A stretch of DNA of 64,000 bases from an uncultured Actinomycetes bacterium (GCA_903895995.1 CAITVX010000014.1:20741-84740), one strand, 5' to 3'; shown: positions 42,737-53,847, counted from the stretch's first letter. Notes: a model not told the origin generated them from the sequence alone. Made by a program: numbers and translations.

Positions 42737-43438
42737 TTACTTAACTCCTAGTGCTGCAAAATCAGCCTTTAACGCAGCAAGGTTCAGATAATGAGTTTGA
42801 TCAAGCTGCTTGCCATTGATAAACATTGTCGGAGTCGAATTCACATTCTTGGTTGCAGCATCCGCCTCAACATTTTTAGTCCAATTCACATATTTACCTG
42901 AATCAATGCAGGCTTGAGTTGCACTACTCGTGTCACCTGCGGTGGTGGCAATTACTTTGAGGGCAGCATTTGTCCATGTGCCGGAGTTCTCTTTCGCTGG
43001 CTGGCTCTCATACAAAGCCATATGCATCTGAAGGAATTTTCCGCTATCGACAGTACAGGCGGCGGCGGCAGCAGCGAGGATTGATTCTGGCCCAATGAAA
43101 GTCATGGGATGGTAAGTAACTCTTATCTTTCCCGCACGTGCTAGGTCGTTGAGGTAACCACCTGAAACAGCTTCAAAGTTGCGGCAGTTTGGGCACTGGA
43201 AATCTTCCCAAAGATCAACTTTTACCTTGGCATCTTTATTGAGGACAATTCCATAGCCATCTGCTGCAGAGACCGTTGAGGGGATCGAGACTTTGCTATT
43301 TGTCTTATTCGATAGGACCGAGAAGCCAGCTCCAATGAGAACAACAAAGAGGATCATTCCAACCGCAATATTGCGAGTGGTGTTATCCGTCTCCTTCGCA
43401 ACATTCTTCTTTTTATTGTTTTTATTGCTCATTCTCAT
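42737..43438 (-). CDS. Membrane-anchored DsbA-family thiol:disulfide oxidoreductase
   Basis: N-terminal TM helix and a thioredoxin-fold CxxC site (WEDFQCPNCRNFE). Confidence 0.8.
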   Translation of the reverse strand: MRMSNKNNKKKNVAKETDNTTRNIAVGMILFVVLIGAGFSVLSNKTNSKVSIPSTVSAADGYGIVLNKDAKVKVDLWEDFQCPNCRNFEAVSGGYLNDLARAGKIRVTYHPMTFIGPESILAAAAAACTVDSGKFLQMHMALYESQPAKENSGTWTNAALKVIATTAGDTSSATQACIDSGKYVNWTKNVEADAATKNVNSTPTMFINGKQLDQTHYLNLAALKADFAALGVK

Positions 43439-43907
43439 CTCCTTGGATCTTCGCTTTATCTAAGCCCAACTTACCGTGCGGATAGAGAAAGAGAAAAATA
43501 GCAGCAGCGGTCAGCCCAAGATCCCTGAGAATCTCTTGAAGATATTGAGTATGGCCAGCTGCGACCTCACCCCCGCCACCAAAACAGCCACAATCGATCG
43601 ATAGCCCGCGCGCCCACGCTTGGGAGATCGCCCCCACAAAGAGGAGCATCAGTGAGCCACCAAAAATCGATGCATAGCGAACCGTGACTCCAATAATCAG
43701 CAGTATCCCAGCGCCAATCTCCAGCCATGGCAGAGCTAGCCCGAAGAAGTTTGCGATCCCAACTGGAAGTAAGCGATATGCACGTACAGCCATCTGCGCC
43801 GTAGAAGGTGATTGCTCTTTGAGGTATCCAGCGAGAAGAAGTACTCCACCAAGGACCAGACGAGCCACAAGTGTCACCCAAGGTTGGGCCATCATAAATC
43901 TCTTCAT
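43422..43907 (-). CDS. MauE/DoxX-family integral membrane protein
   Basis: Four predicted helices and the motif SIDCGCFGGGG. The start overlaps the trpA stop (ATGA) and the 3' end overlaps the DsbA-like start by 17 nt. Confidence 0.7.
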   Translation of the reverse strand: MKRFMMAQPWVTLVARLVLGGVLLLAGYLKEQSPSTAQMAVRAYRLLPVGIANFFGLALPWLEIGAGILLIIGVTVRYASIFGGSLMLLFVGAISQAWARGLSIDCGCFGGGGEVAAGHTQYLQEILRDLGLTAAAIFLFLYPHGKLGLDKAKIQGDENEQ

Positions 43908-44710
43908 CTGCGTACGCCTTTAGCAAGTGATTCCGCCAATTCGCGAACACGATCGCGCGCCTCTTGAATGGAAGCGCTCTCTTGCACCTGGCGAATAAAT
44001 GCAGAACCAACAATTACGCCATCTGCGTATGCGGCAACTTCGTGTGCTTGTTCGGCATTCGATACTCCTAATCCAACTGCGATGGGGAGATCACTCTCTT
44101 TGCGAATACGAGAGACCAAAGAGCGAGCATCTCCAGAGATTGAATTTCGTGTACCTGTAACTCCCATCAGGGATGCTGCGTAGATAAATCCTGAGCATGC
44201 TGTAACAACAAGTGGGATACGTGAATCTGAAGTACTCGGGGCGACAACGTAAATTCGATTAATCTCGGAATCCGCAGTAGCGTGCGACCAGGCAGTTGAC
44301 TCTTCAACTGTGAGATCTGGAGTAATAACTCCTGATCCGCCAGCATCTTTGATCGATTGCGCAAATTTATCGACACCGTACTTCTCAATTGGGTTCCAGT
44401 AGGTCATGACTACAGCAGGTACGCCAAGATCACTCGTTGCCTTTAAGAGTGCGAAGACATCTTTTGCGCCGGTTCCATTGCGTAAGGATTGGTCGGCCGC
44501 ATTTTGAATAATGGGCCCATCCATAACTGGATCGCTATAAGGAAAACCAATCTCCACTGCATCAACGCCGCCCTCAACCATCGCATGTATTACAAGCTTT
44601 GCATCTTCTATGGTCGGAAATCCTGCAGGCAAGTAACCGATGAGTGCCGCTCTATTCTCACTCTTGGTACGGAGAAAGAGTTCAGAGAGTGGCGTGGCGA
44701 ATGAAGCCAT
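43904..44710 (-). CDS. trpA: Tryptophan synthase alpha chain
   Basis: Motif VEIGFPYSDPVMDGP. The start overlaps the trpB stop (TAATG). Confidence 0.95.
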   Translation of the reverse strand: MASFATPLSELFLRTKSENRAALIGYLPAGFPTIEDAKLVIHAMVEGGVDAVEIGFPYSDPVMDGPIIQNAADQSLRNGTGAKDVFALLKATSDLGVPAVVMTYWNPIEKYGVDKFAQSIKDAGGSGVITPDLTVEESTAWSHATADSEINRIYVVAPSTSDSRIPLVVTACSGFIYAASLMGVTGTRNSISGDARSLVSRIRKESDLPIAVGLGVSNAEQAHEVAAYADGVIVGSAFIRQVQESASIQEARDRVRELAESLAKGVRR

Positions 44711-45918
44711 TACAGAGGTATTCCGAAGTACTGCGCTGCGGTTTGAACATCTTTATCGCCACGACCAGAGAGATTGATCAACAAGATTGAATCTGGTCCG
44801 AGTTCGCGTCCAACGATCATTGCGCCAGCAAGTGCATGCGCTGTTTCAATCGCAGGGATGATTCCCTCGCTCTTGGACATGATCGAAAATGCTTCCATCG
44901 CCTGGTCATCATTGATCACTCGATACTGCGCGCGACCTATATCGTGAAGATAGGCATGCTCAGGACCAACGCCAGGATAATCAAGCCCCGCCGAAATTGA
45001 ATGAGATTCAACAGTCTGTCCATTTTCATCTTGCAAAACATAGGTGCGAGTTCCGTGAAGTACCCCAGGTGATCCACCAGAAATAGTCGCTGCATGTTTG
45101 CCAGATGCGATACCGCTTCCGCCAGCTTCAAAGCCAATAAGTTGTACCTGTGAGTCATCGAGGAATGGATGGAAGATACCAATCGCATTGGAACCGCCGC
45201 CAATACAGGCAAGTACAGCATCAGGCAAGCGCCCGACTTCCTCTAACATCTGTGCTCGAGCTTCTACGCCAATGATGCGGTGAAAATCGCGGACCATTTC
45301 AGGGAATGGATGAGGTCCTGCGACCGTTCCGAGTAAGTAATGCGTCGTCTCAACATTGGTAACCCAGTCGCGCATCGCTTCATTAATGGCATCTTTCAAA
45401 GTCTTAGAACCTTGGGTAACAGGAACAACTTCTGCCCCGAGTAACTTCATCCGAGCAACATTGAGAGATTGTCGCTTCGTATCTTCTTCTCCCATATAGA
45501 CAACACATTCAAGGCCCATCAAGGCAGCGGCAGTCGCAGATGCAACTCCGTGCTGTCCAGCGCCGGTCTCGGCAATGATGCGCTTCTTGCCCATACGTTT
45601 AGTCAGCAGTGCTTGTCCCAAGACATTATTAATTTTGTGGCTGCCAGTGTGGTTGAGATCTTCACGCTTAAGAAAGATACGTGCTCCACCTGCAAACTCA
45701 GAGAAGCGCTTTGCCTCTGTGAGGATGCTTGGGCGACCTGTATATGTGCGATGGAGTTCTGTGAGTTCAGCTTGGAACGTTGGATCACTCTTTGCCGCGA
45801 GATGCGCAGCTGCTAATTGATCGAGCGCGCCGATAAGAGCCTCAGGAACAAATCGACCACCATAAGGTCCAAAGTGCCCAATGATCGAAGACTCTTCGAG
45901 AGGATGTATCACGCTCAT
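44710..45918 (-). CDS. trpB: Tryptophan synthase beta chain
   Basis: PLP-lysine motif [11 protein letters not shown] and the motif GGGSNAIG. Confidence 0.97.
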   Translation of the reverse strand: MSVIHPLEESSIIGHFGPYGGRFVPEALIGALDQLAAAHLAAKSDPTFQAELTELHRTYTGRPSILTEAKRFSEFAGGARIFLKREDLNHTGSHKINNVLGQALLTKRMGKKRIIAETGAGQHGVASATAAALMGLECVVYMGEEDTKRQSLNVARMKLLGAEVVPVTQGSKTLKDAINEAMRDWVTNVETTHYLLGTVAGPHPFPEMVRDFHRIIGVEARAQMLEEVGRLPDAVLACIGGGSNAIGIFHPFLDDSQVQLIGFEAGGSGIASGKHAATISGGSPGVLHGTRTYVLQDENGQTVESHSISAGLDYPGVGPEHAYLHDIGRAQYRVINDDQAMEAFSIMSKSEGIIPAIETAHALAGAMIVGRELGPDSILLINLSGRGDKDVQTAAQYFGIPL

Positions 45919-45939
45919 GTGCTTAAAGTACCAGCAGGC

Positions 45940-46713
45940 CTATCTACCAAGCAGTCTGGAAATTGCCTCACCAGGGTCGCCAGCTTTGACGAGGGTTTCA
46001 CCCACCAAAATCGCATGCGCGCCGAACTCCTCGACGAGTGCGACCTCACTCCGCTCTGAAATGCCTGACTCTGCTACGCGGATAATCCCAGCAGGTATAA
46101 GAGGTAAGAGTTCTCGAAATGCCACTGGGTCAACATCGAGCGTCTTCAAGTTGCGCGAATTAACACCAATAATTTTTGGGGCTGCATCCATTGCCCGTTC
46201 GAGCTCACTCTCATTGTGTACTTCTACAAGTACATCCATACCTAGCTCATTTGCCATCTGATGAAAATCGATAAATTGAGATTGGGTAAGCCCTGCAACA
46301 ATTAAAAGGAGAAGATCTGCGCCGAGAACTCTCGACTCCTTCACTTGATATTCAGTAACAATAAAATCTTTTCGAAGCATCGGAATTTTTATCTCTGCTC
46401 GCACCGCAAGGAAATCCTTGATTGATCCTTTAAATCGACGCTCTTCGGTAAGAACACTGACGATCGAAGCTCCGCCTTCTTCATACTTCGCCGCAAGCCG
46501 CGCAGGATCTGCGATAGCGCTAAGTTCTCCTTTAGATGGAGAAGAGCGTTTTACCTCGGCAATGACCTTCGTTCCAACTCCAGTGAGCGCATCAAGAGCT
46601 CCTCTTAAGGGCTTTGCATCGGCAAGTTGCGACTGTAATTGAGAGTCAGATATTCGACGCTTATCAAGATCTTCAAGAACACCTTCGATAATAGAGTCGA
46701 GAACGCTACTCAT
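45940..46713 (-). CDS. trpC: Indole-3-glycerol phosphate synthase
   Basis: Motif VIAEVKRSSPSKG and TIM-barrel IGPS features. Confidence 0.95.
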   Translation of the reverse strand: MSSVLDSIIEGVLEDLDKRRISDSQLQSQLADAKPLRGALDALTGVGTKVIAEVKRSSPSKGELSAIADPARLAAKYEEGGASIVSVLTEERRFKGSIKDFLAVRAEIKIPMLRKDFIVTEYQVKESRVLGADLLLLIVAGLTQSQFIDFHQMANELGMDVLVEVHNESELERAMDAAPKIIGVNSRNLKTLDVDPVAFRELLPLIPAGIIRVAESGISERSEVALVEEFGAHAILVGETLVKAGDPGEAISRLLGR

Positions 46714-46859
46714 ACGGTTGGGTCTTGATCATCATTGAGAGCTGCCCAAGGAGTTTGAGGTTTGCGCTGGTAACTACTTTGGGCTGATGTTTTCCGAGAT
46801 TTGCGCAGTAAAAACCATGAAGCAAAAATCACTACGAGCAAAAGAATCACCTTACTCAT
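46710..46859 (-). CDS. 49-aa small membrane protein between trpE and trpC; below the ORF-track length cut-off
   Basis: Manual translation gives MSKVILLLVVIFASWFLLRKSRKTSAQSSYQRKPQTPWAALNDDQDPTV. Its ATG overlaps the trpE stop (ATGA) and its TGA overlaps the trpC ATG (ATGA). One N-terminal TM helix is followed by a basic stretch. Confidence 0.5.
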   Translation of the reverse strand: MSKVILLLVVIFASWFLLRKSRKTSAQSSYQRKPQTPWAALNDDQDPTV

Positions 46860-48346
46860 GAGATTGCCCGCATCGCATTTGCTGCAGCGATCGCACCTAA
46901 CACTGCTGCAGCTTTACTTTGACATTCTAAGTCTTCAGATTGCGCAACTGAATCTGCAACGATTCCCGCGCCTGCTTGCACGTATGCGATCCCATCCTTG
47001 ATTACCGCAGTTCGAATCGCGATACAGGAATCGATATTCCCCTGAAAATCGAAGTAGCCAATTGTTCCGCCATAAATTCCGCGCCTTGTTGGCTCGAGCT
47101 TCTCAATGATCTCCATAGCGCGCGGTTTTGGTGCACCTGAGAGAGTCCCCGCAGGAAAGACAGCTAAGAGAGCATCTGTTGGAGTTGAACGTTGTGAAAG
47201 TCTGCCGGTCACGGTTGAGACGATGTGCATGACGTGCGAATATCTCTCCAAGTGCATGAATTCAACGACTTCGACCGAACCAGATTCGCAGACACGTCCC
47301 AAATCATTCCGACCTAGATCCACAAGCATCACATGCTCTGCTCGCTCTTTTGGATCAGCCAAGAGCTCTTCGCCGTTGCGCTGATCAATCTCTGGATCTT
47401 GCGACCTTGGACGAGTGCCAGCGATGGGATGCACCAAAACTTCTCTGCCAGTGATTTTCACGAGAGCTTCAGGGCTTGATCCCACGATCTCTAAACCATC
47501 AGCAAATCTAAAGAGATACATATATGGACTTGGATTGCGCAAACGTAGCGCGCGATAGATATCAAATGAATCCGCAGTAACAGCCATTGAGAATCGTTGT
47601 GAAAGAACTACCTGGAATGCCTCACCGCTTCGGATCTCTTCCTTGATCTTCTCAACCTTCGAGCAATACTCATCTGAGCCCATGTTGCGTTCATACTGTG
47701 GAAGTTCTTTCGAAAGTGGTTCAGAGAGCGCAGTTGATGAAGGAACTTTAAGAGAGTTCAGCATCGCATCTAAACGTGCCACTGATTCATCGTAGGCTTC
47801 ATCGACTCGCTCTGAAGAGCCATCCCAATTTATGGCATTCGCAACAAGAATGAGTGATCCGGTCAGGTGATCAAAGACTGCAAGATCGGATGTGAGCATG
47901 TAAGCGATCTCAGGAAGATGCACATCAGCTTTTGCAAGAGAAGGTAACTTCTCAAGTCGTCGCACAATGTCATAGCCTGCATAACCTACAAGGCCCCCAG
48001 TGAGCGGTGGAAGCTCTGGAATCCTTGGACTCTTCAAATGAGCAGCCGTAATTTTTAGCGCATCCAGTGGATCGATACCTGTCGGAACTCCTGCTGGAGC
48101 TTTTCCTTCCCATACCGCTAAGCCATCTCGTTCTGTAAGCGTTGCTAGGGAGTTCACTCCGATAAATGAGTAACGTGACCAGACTCCCCCATGCTCGGCA
48201 GATTCAAGGAGGAAGGTTCCACTTCGATCTCCTGCCAGTTTCTTATAGACAGTTAATGGAGTCTCGTGATCAGCAAGAATTGCACGCCAGACAGGAATGA
48301 CGTTATTGGACTGCGCATGCAGACGGAACTCCTCGCGAGTCATCAT
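46856..48346 (-). CDS. trpE: Anthranilate synthase component I
   Basis: Motifs LVDLGRNDLGRV, GTLSGAPK and GGTIGYF. The start lies 2 nt after the hisI stop. Confidence 0.95.
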   Translation of the reverse strand: MMTREEFRLHAQSNNVIPVWRAILADHETPLTVYKKLAGDRSGTFLLESAEHGGVWSRYSFIGVNSLATLTERDGLAVWEGKAPAGVPTGIDPLDALKITAAHLKSPRIPELPPLTGGLVGYAGYDIVRRLEKLPSLAKADVHLPEIAYMLTSDLAVFDHLTGSLILVANAINWDGSSERVDEAYDESVARLDAMLNSLKVPSSTALSEPLSKELPQYERNMGSDEYCSKVEKIKEEIRSGEAFQVVLSQRFSMAVTADSFDIYRALRLRNPSPYMYLFRFADGLEIVGSSPEALVKITGREVLVHPIAGTRPRSQDPEIDQRNGEELLADPKERAEHVMLVDLGRNDLGRVCESGSVEVVEFMHLERYSHVMHIVSTVTGRLSQRSTPTDALLAVFPAGTLSGAPKPRAMEIIEKLEPTRRGIYGGTIGYFDFQGNIDSCIAIRTAVIKDGIAYVQAGAGIVADSVAQSEDLECQSKAAAVLGAIAAANAMRAIS

Positions 48347-48348
48347 CT

Positions 48349-48684
48349 TTAAAGTTCAATTCCTCGATGGAAGCATGATCGCTCCCCTGTGTGGCAGGCG
48401 GCCCCACTCTGTTCTACCTTCAAGAGCACCGCATCGCCGTCGCAGTCATAAGAGATCGCGCAGAGCTTCTGAGTATTTCCTGAAGTGCTGCCCTTCTCCC
48501 AGAGTTCATTCCTGCTTCGACTCCAGTATGTAACGCGTGATGTAGAGAGCGTAAGTAGTAGCGCTTCACGGTTCATCCACGCAACCATCAAAACTTCTGA
48601 GTTATTGCAATCTTGGGCCACTGCTGCGATCAAATCTCCGCGCGAGAAGACCGCTTCAATCTCATCAGGAATCGCTGCAGCCAT
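48349..48684 (-). CDS. hisI: Phosphoribosyl-AMP cyclohydrolase (monofunctional HisI)
   Basis: 111 aa. Motifs WSRSRNELWEKGSTSGN and C..DGDAVLLKVEQ.GAACHTGERSCF. Confidence 0.9.
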   Translation of the reverse strand: MAAAIPDEIEAVFSRGDLIAAVAQDCNNSEVLMVAWMNREALLLTLSTSRVTYWSRSRNELWEKGSTSGNTQKLCAISYDCDGDAVLLKVEQSGAACHTGERSCFHRGIEL

Positions 48685-48708
48685 GGTTCTATTCTGCCCT
48701 ACCTGGGC

Positions 48709-49467
48709 CTACAGGCGAATCGAATATCCGTGTGAAGCCAGCTCTGATTTCACTTGAGCGATTGTAAAAGTACCGAAATGGAAGACGCTGGCGGCCAGAA
48801 GAGCATCGGCCCCGGCATCGAGTGCACGCGCAAAATCTCCTAGCGCCCCCGCCCCGCCACTTGCGATCACAGGGACTGATGAGATCGCTCGCACCGCGGC
48901 GATCAGCTCAATGTCATATCCAGAACCTGTCCCATCAGCATCCATAGAATTTAAAAGTATCTCACCTACTCCGCGAGAGATCCCTTCCTCAACCCATGTA
49001 AGTGCATCAATGCCGGCGCTCTTGCGACCACCATGCGTTGTTACCTCAAATCCAGATGGAGTCTTAGCTCGCCTTGCATCAACTGAGAGAACAAGAACTT
49101 GATTTCCAAAGCGATCAGAGATTTCATTGATAAGTCGGGGTTTATTTATTGCAGCGGTGTTGATAGAGACTTTATCTGCGCCGGCACGCAGGAGCTGATC
49201 TACATCTTTCACTTCCCTGATACCACCACCAACAGTCAGTGGGATAAATACTTGATCCGCAGTTCTTGCAACCATATCCAAAGTGGTTGATCGATCTTCA
49301 ACGGATGCTGAAATATCTAGAAAGGTAAGTTCATCTGCCCCGGCATCTCCATATAACTTAGCGAGCTCAACTGGATCACCAGCATCACGTAAATTCTCAA
49401 AGTTAACACCTTTAACAACCCGGCCGCCAGCCACATCTAAGCAAGGGATGATTCTCTTCGCGAGCAT
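48709..49467 (-). CDS. hisF: Imidazole glycerol phosphate synthase cyclase subunit
   Basis: Motifs [16 protein letters not shown] and a C-terminal SGGAG. Confidence 0.95.
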   Translation of the reverse strand: MLAKRIIPCLDVAGGRVVKGVNFENLRDAGDPVELAKLYGDAGADELTFLDISASVEDRSTTLDMVARTADQVFIPLTVGGGIREVKDVDQLLRAGADKVSINTAAINKPRLINEISDRFGNQVLVLSVDARRAKTPSGFEVTTHGGRKSAGIDALTWVEEGISRGVGEILLNSMDADGTGSGYDIELIAAVRAISSVPVIASGGAGALGDFARALDAGADALLAASVFHFGTFTIAQVKSELASHGYSIRL

Positions 49468-50195
49468 TATCGGCAGACCTTTATCGCCTCTTGCAAGGTA
49501 AATGCACCGGCATACAGCGCCTTTCCAACGATCGCACCTTCAACGCCAATGTTCGTGAGTCTCTTGATCGCTTCCAAGTCAGCCAACGATGAAACACCAC
49601 CGCTAGCAACGACTGGCTTAGATGTTGCCGCACATACTTCTTTTAACAATTCTAAGTTTGGCCCAGTCAGGGTGCCATCTTTTGCAACATCGGTCACGAT
49701 ATATCTCGAGCATCCATCCCGATCTAGGCGTTCGATCGTCTCGAAGAGATTCCCACCTTCTCGAGTCCAACCGCGCGCAGCGAGAGTATGGCCGCGCACA
49801 TCTAATCCAACCGCGATGCGATCGCCAAACTCACTTATAGCTCTTGCTGTCCAGTCTGGATCTTCGAGAGCTGCAGTTCCTAAATTGACTCGTTCACAAC
49901 CAGTTGCAAGTGCACGCCGAAGAGTTGCATCATCACGGATTCCTCCGGATAGCTCAACCCGAAGGTTCACACTCTTAATAACTTCTTCTAGTAACTCTGC
50001 ATTACTTCCAATTCCAAATGCTGCATCTAGATCTACAAGGTGGATCCACTCCGCGCCTGCTGCAAGGAATTCAAGGGCGACTTCACGTGGATCTCCATAT
50101 TGGCTCTCGGCAGATAACTCACCTTGAACAAGTCGAACAGCCTTGCCGCCTTTAACATCGATCGCTGGTAATAGTTCTAAGGAAATATTGTTCAT
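49467..50195 (-). CDS. hisA: ProFAR isomerase HisA; probably a dual-substrate PriA type
   Basis: Motif [18 protein letters not shown] and a (beta/alpha)8 HisA pattern. The PriA assignment is an inference, because no trpF is present in the trp cluster here. Confidence 0.9.
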   Translation of the reverse strand: MNNISLELLPAIDVKGGKAVRLVQGELSAESQYGDPREVALEFLAAGAEWIHLVDLDAAFGIGSNAELLEEVIKSVNLRVELSGGIRDDATLRRALATGCERVNLGTAALEDPDWTARAISEFGDRIAVGLDVRGHTLAARGWTREGGNLFETIERLDRDGCSRYIVTDVAKDGTLTGPNLELLKEVCAATSKPVVASGGVSSLADLEAIKRLTNIGVEGAIVGKALYAGAFTLQEAIKVCR

Positions 50196-50788
50196 AGTGT
50201 CTTAACCCAGTTCGCAATCAGGCTAGCGCCTGCCTTTCCACTCTTCTCGGGGTGAAATTGCGTTGCGCTGACATGACCGTACTCAACAGCTGCAATAAAA
50301 TCTGCACCATACTCAGTAGTCGTAACGAGGGCATCTCTATTTGTCTTCTGCGCTCCATACGAGTGAACAAAGTAGAACGACTCTTCTTCGATTCCAGAGA
50401 ATAGTTTTGAATTCTGTGGAGCTTTCACAGTATTCCATCCAATATGAGGCAGAACTGGAGCATGCAGCTCTGAAATTTCACCCTCGAGAATTCCGACACC
50501 GGGGTGGCTACCCTTCTCAGTACCTGATGTGAAGAGAATCTGCATTCCAACACATATCCCTAGAAGTGATTTCTGGGATTGCACGCGTTCAGCAATTATT
50601 CGAGCGCCATCAATATCTTCAAGCTGTTTCATACAAGCGCCAAATGCTCCGACTCCAGGAACAACAAGTCCATCAGCAGCGAGTGCGATTGTTGGATCAG
50701 AAGTAATGCGGACCTCATGACCGGTTAATTCAAAGGCGCGCTGGGCTGAACGTAGATTCCCCGATCCGTAATCGAGAATCGCTATCAA
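50192..50788 (-). CDS. hisH: Imidazole glycerol phosphate synthase glutaminase subunit
   Basis: Motifs [13 protein letters not shown], catalytic Cys in GICVGMQIL, and QFHPEKS. Confidence 0.95.
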   Translation of the reverse strand: MIAILDYGSGNLRSAQRAFELTGHEVRITSDPTIALAADGLVVPGVGAFGACMKQLEDIDGARIIAERVQSQKSLLGICVGMQILFTSGTEKGSHPGVGILEGEISELHAPVLPHIGWNTVKAPQNSKLFSGIEEESFYFVHSYGAQKTNRDALVTTTEYGADFIAAVEYGHVSATQFHPEKSGKAGASLIANWVKTL

Positions 50789-51372
50789 AGAACGCCCTTA
50801 GTCGAAGGGATGCCAGCAACTCCATCGCGAGATACAGCGTCGCGAAGTGCACGGGCAACCGCTTTGAATTGAGCTTCGAAGACGTGGTGAGCATTTCTAC
50901 CTTCAAGAACGCGCACATGAAGTGCAATGCGAGCTTCGGCAACGATTGACTCCCAGATGTGGCGCCCAAGAGTTGTATCGAATGTTCCGATGAGCTCAAC
51001 AATTTCTGGTTGGCGGTGCACAAGATATGGACGGCCAGAGAGATCTACTGCTGCTTGAACGAGAACCTCATCAAGGGGAACCATTGCATCACCAAATCGA
51101 CGAATTCCTGATTTATCTCCGAGGGCTTCGCGAAGAGCTTGTCCAAATGCAAGAGATGTATCTTCTACTGTGTGGTGAGAATCCACATCGACATCACCCT
51201 TAGTAATGACAGTGAGATCAAAGCCTGAGTGCTTGCCGAGTTGAGAGAGCATGTGGTCAAAGAAGGGCACGCTTGTATCAACGTTGATCAATCCAGTCCC
51301 GTCGAGATTGAGTTCAACGCTTACGCTTGACTCTTTAGTCTCTCGAACGACTTTCGCTATACGTGCACTCAT
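50785..51372 (-). CDS. hisB: Imidazoleglycerol-phosphate dehydratase
   Basis: Motif [10 protein letters not shown] moved the start to ATG at 51372 ([15 protein letters not shown]), which is preceded by a GGAAAGAGG SD. The track extension would overlap hisC. Confidence 0.92.
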   Translation of the reverse strand: MSARIAKVVRETKESSVSVELNLDGTGLINVDTSVPFFDHMLSQLGKHSGFDLTVITKGDVDVDSHHTVEDTSLAFGQALREALGDKSGIRRFGDAMVPLDEVLVQAAVDLSGRPYLVHRQPEIVELIGTFDTTLGRHIWESIVAEARIALHVRVLEGRNAHHVFEAQFKAVARALRDAVSRDGVAGIPSTKGVL

Positions 51373-51397
51373 GATGCCTCTTTCCTGTGAAGTGTAA

Positions 51398-52513
51398 TTA
51401 TGACGCAATCTCATGCATTGCCGCCAAGAATTGGTCATTCTCGACTGGAGTTCCGACGCTGAAGCGTAAATACCCTTCGAGGCCAACATCGCGAATGAGA
51501 ATTCCCCGATCTAAGAAGGCCTGCCAGATCTCTTCGCTCTTGCCTTCAAAACCTCCGAAGAGGATGAAATTTGATGAGCTCGGCAGAGGTTTCCACCCTG
51601 CAAGCGTGAGAGCGGCAGAGAGCCTCTCGCGTTCAAGGCGAATCTCGTCAAGTCCTTCTTGAAGGAGATCAGCGCTTTCGATCGCAACTTCTGCAGCGGC
51701 TTGAGTGAGTGCGCTTAAGTGATAAGGCAACCTTGTAACGAGCATCGCATCTACTACGGATGGGTGGGCGACCAAGTAACCAACTCGAACTCCAGCAAAG
51801 GCAAAGGCCTTGCTCATGGTGCGAACGACCACAACGTGAGGGTATCTGCAAATAAGTGTGACAGCGGATTTCTCGTCAGAGAATTCTGCATAGGCCTCAT
51901 CAACGACCATAAGTGCACGGACATCGCCTGCTGCCCTTGCAAGATCTTCTAGATCTGCAAATGGAGTGGGAGTACCTGATGGATTATTGGGAGTCGTAAC
52001 AAATACCAGAGTTGGCTTTACTTCACGTACACCTTGAGCCGCCCCTTTTGCTTCAATCGAGAATTGAGAGTCACGGCTTCCGACGATCCAACTTGTGCCA
52101 GTGATATTTGCAATCATTGGGTGAACTGAATAGGAAGGCGTAAAACCAATTGCAGTTCTACCGCTTCCTCCAAATGCTAAGAAGAGAGTTTGAAGAATTT
52201 CATTACTTCCATTTGCTGCCCAGATATTTGCAGATGTAAAAGAAGTCTCTGAGATCGCATTGATGTACTCGGCAAGTTTCTCACGAAGCGTGAGCGCATC
52301 ACGATCAGGATAGCGATTGAGATCATGAACGAATGAAGATATTCGATCCATAATCCGATCGCGAACTACCTCGGGCAGTTGGTTCGGATTCTCATTGGTG
52401 TTGAGTTGGACAACATCTTTTATCTGCGGAGCGCCATATGGGGATGAAGCGCGCAGGGCTGCACGAAGTGGTAACCACTGTGGCCATGATCCAGATCGAG
52501 TCTCGTCACTCAT
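51398..52513 (-). CDS. hisC: Histidinol-phosphate aminotransferase
   Basis: PLP-lysine motif [15 protein letters not shown]. Confidence 0.92.
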   Translation of the reverse strand: MSDETRSGSWPQWLPLRAALRASSPYGAPQIKDVVQLNTNENPNQLPEVVRDRIMDRISSFVHDLNRYPDRDALTLREKLAEYINAISETSFTSANIWAANGSNEILQTLFLAFGGSGRTAIGFTPSYSVHPMIANITGTSWIVGSRDSQFSIEAKGAAQGVREVKPTLVFVTTPNNPSGTPTPFADLEDLARAAGDVRALMVVDEAYAEFSDEKSAVTLICRYPHVVVVRTMSKAFAFAGVRVGYLVAHPSVVDAMLVTRLPYHLSALTQAAAEVAIESADLLQEGLDEIRLERERLSAALTLAGWKPLPSSSNFILFGGFEGKSEEIWQAFLDRGILIRDVGLEGYLRFSVGTPVENDQFLAAMHEIAS

Positions 52514-52515
52514 CG

Positions 52516-53847
52516 TTACTCCTTCGAGTTCTTAAGATTTTCAAGGCGAGCGCTCATCGCTTCACCGTGTGCTGGCAGATCTTCTGATTGCGCAAGAGTG
52601 ATGACATTAGGCGCAATATCAATAAATGCCTCACGGCCATACTCAATGAAACTCACACCTCGTAGGAAGCTCTGAACAGAGAGCCCGCTTGAGTGACAGG
52701 CGCATCCACCTGTTGGAAGCACATGATTTGAGCCAGCTGAATAATCGCCTAATGAGACTGGTGAAAATCGACCAAGGAAGACAGCGCCGGCATTGCGAAT
52801 CTTCGAAGCCGATGCACCTGGATTAGTAACGATGATTTCAAGGTGTTCGGCGGCATAGGCATTAACTACATCGATGCCTTGCTCGAGTGAGTCGACCAGC
52901 ACGAGTGCAGATTGAATTCCACCTAAGGCAGTTGTGATTCTCTCACTGTGCTTCGTCGCCGCAACTCTCACAGATAATTCTCTCTTTACATCAGCGATTA
53001 AATTCTCTGATGTCGTGACAAGAACTGCTGCAGCGATCGTGTCATGCTCAGCTTGGCTGATGAGATCAGCTGCAACTTCACTAGCAATAGCACTCTCGTC
53101 TGCAAGTATCGCGATCTCAGTCGGACCTGCTTCTGAATCGATTCCAATCTTTCCACGCAAGGCTCGCTTTGCAGCGGCAACGTAGATATTTCCTGGGCCC
53201 GTGACCATATCCGCACTCTCGCAGAGACCATCGACACCGTAAGCAAACATTGCAACCGCTTGAGCGCCCCCAACTGCGTAGACCTCATAAATACCCAAGA
53301 GTGCACATGTCGCAAGGATTGTTGGATGCGGGTATCCCCCATGCGCGAGCTGTGGTGGTGATGCAACAGCAATGCTTGGAACCTTTGCAATCTGTGCCGG
53401 TACAACATTCATGATGACAGAGCTTGGGTAGACGGCCTTTCCACCTGGAACATAGAGCCCAACACGATCAACTGGAATCCAGCGCTGCTCAACAGTTCCG
53501 CCATCTACAACCTGAGTTTTCGTTACGCCACGTGATTGATCAGAATGTACCTTCGTAATACGAATAATCGCCTCTTCGAGAGCGCTGCGAACTGCTAGAT
53601 CAAGTGATGCAAGTGATTGGTCGATCACCGATTGCGGCACGCGAATAGAAGCTGGCTTTACTCCATCAAATTTCTCACCAAGAGCTATGAGATCGGCTTC
53701 AGTGCCATTTTTTACCTGCTCAAGAATTGGCTCAATCTCGCGCATCGCTGTTGCAATATCCATGCTCGCTCGCGGAAGGAGGGCTTGATATCCAGATTTT
53801 GAGAGTGCCAGACCCCGAAGATCTACGCTTCTCATCTCAATGCTCAC
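52516..53847 (-). CDS. hisD: Histidinol dehydrogenase
   Basis: 443 aa with the motif SQAEHD and a C-terminal HGEAM. First gene of the his block. Confidence 0.95.
   Translation of the reverse strand: MSIEMRSVDLRGLALSKSGYQALLPRASMDIATAMREIEPILEQVKNGTEADLIALGEKFDGVKPASIRVPQSVIDQSLASLDLAVRSALEEAIIRITKVHSDQSRGVTKTQVVDGGTVEQRWIPVDRVGLYVPGGKAVYPSSVIMNVVPAQIAKVPSIAVASPPQLAHGGYPHPTILATCALLGIYEVYAVGGAQAVAMFAYGVDGLCESADMVTGPGNIYVAAAKRALRGKIGIDSEAGPTEIAILADESAIASEVAADLISQAEHDTIAAAVLVTTSENLIADVKRELSVRVAATKHSERITTALGGIQSALVLVDSLEQGIDVVNAYAAEHLEIIVTNPGASASKIRNAGAVFLGRFSPVSLGDYSAGSNHVLPTGGCACHSSGLSVQSFLRGVSFIEYGREAFIDIAPNVITLAQSEDLPAHGEAMSARLENLKNSKE

Noticed and set aside
48347-48348. A trp leader peptide or attenuator upstream of trpE
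   Set aside because: Only 2 nt separate the hisI stop from the trpE ATG, so there is no space for a leader.
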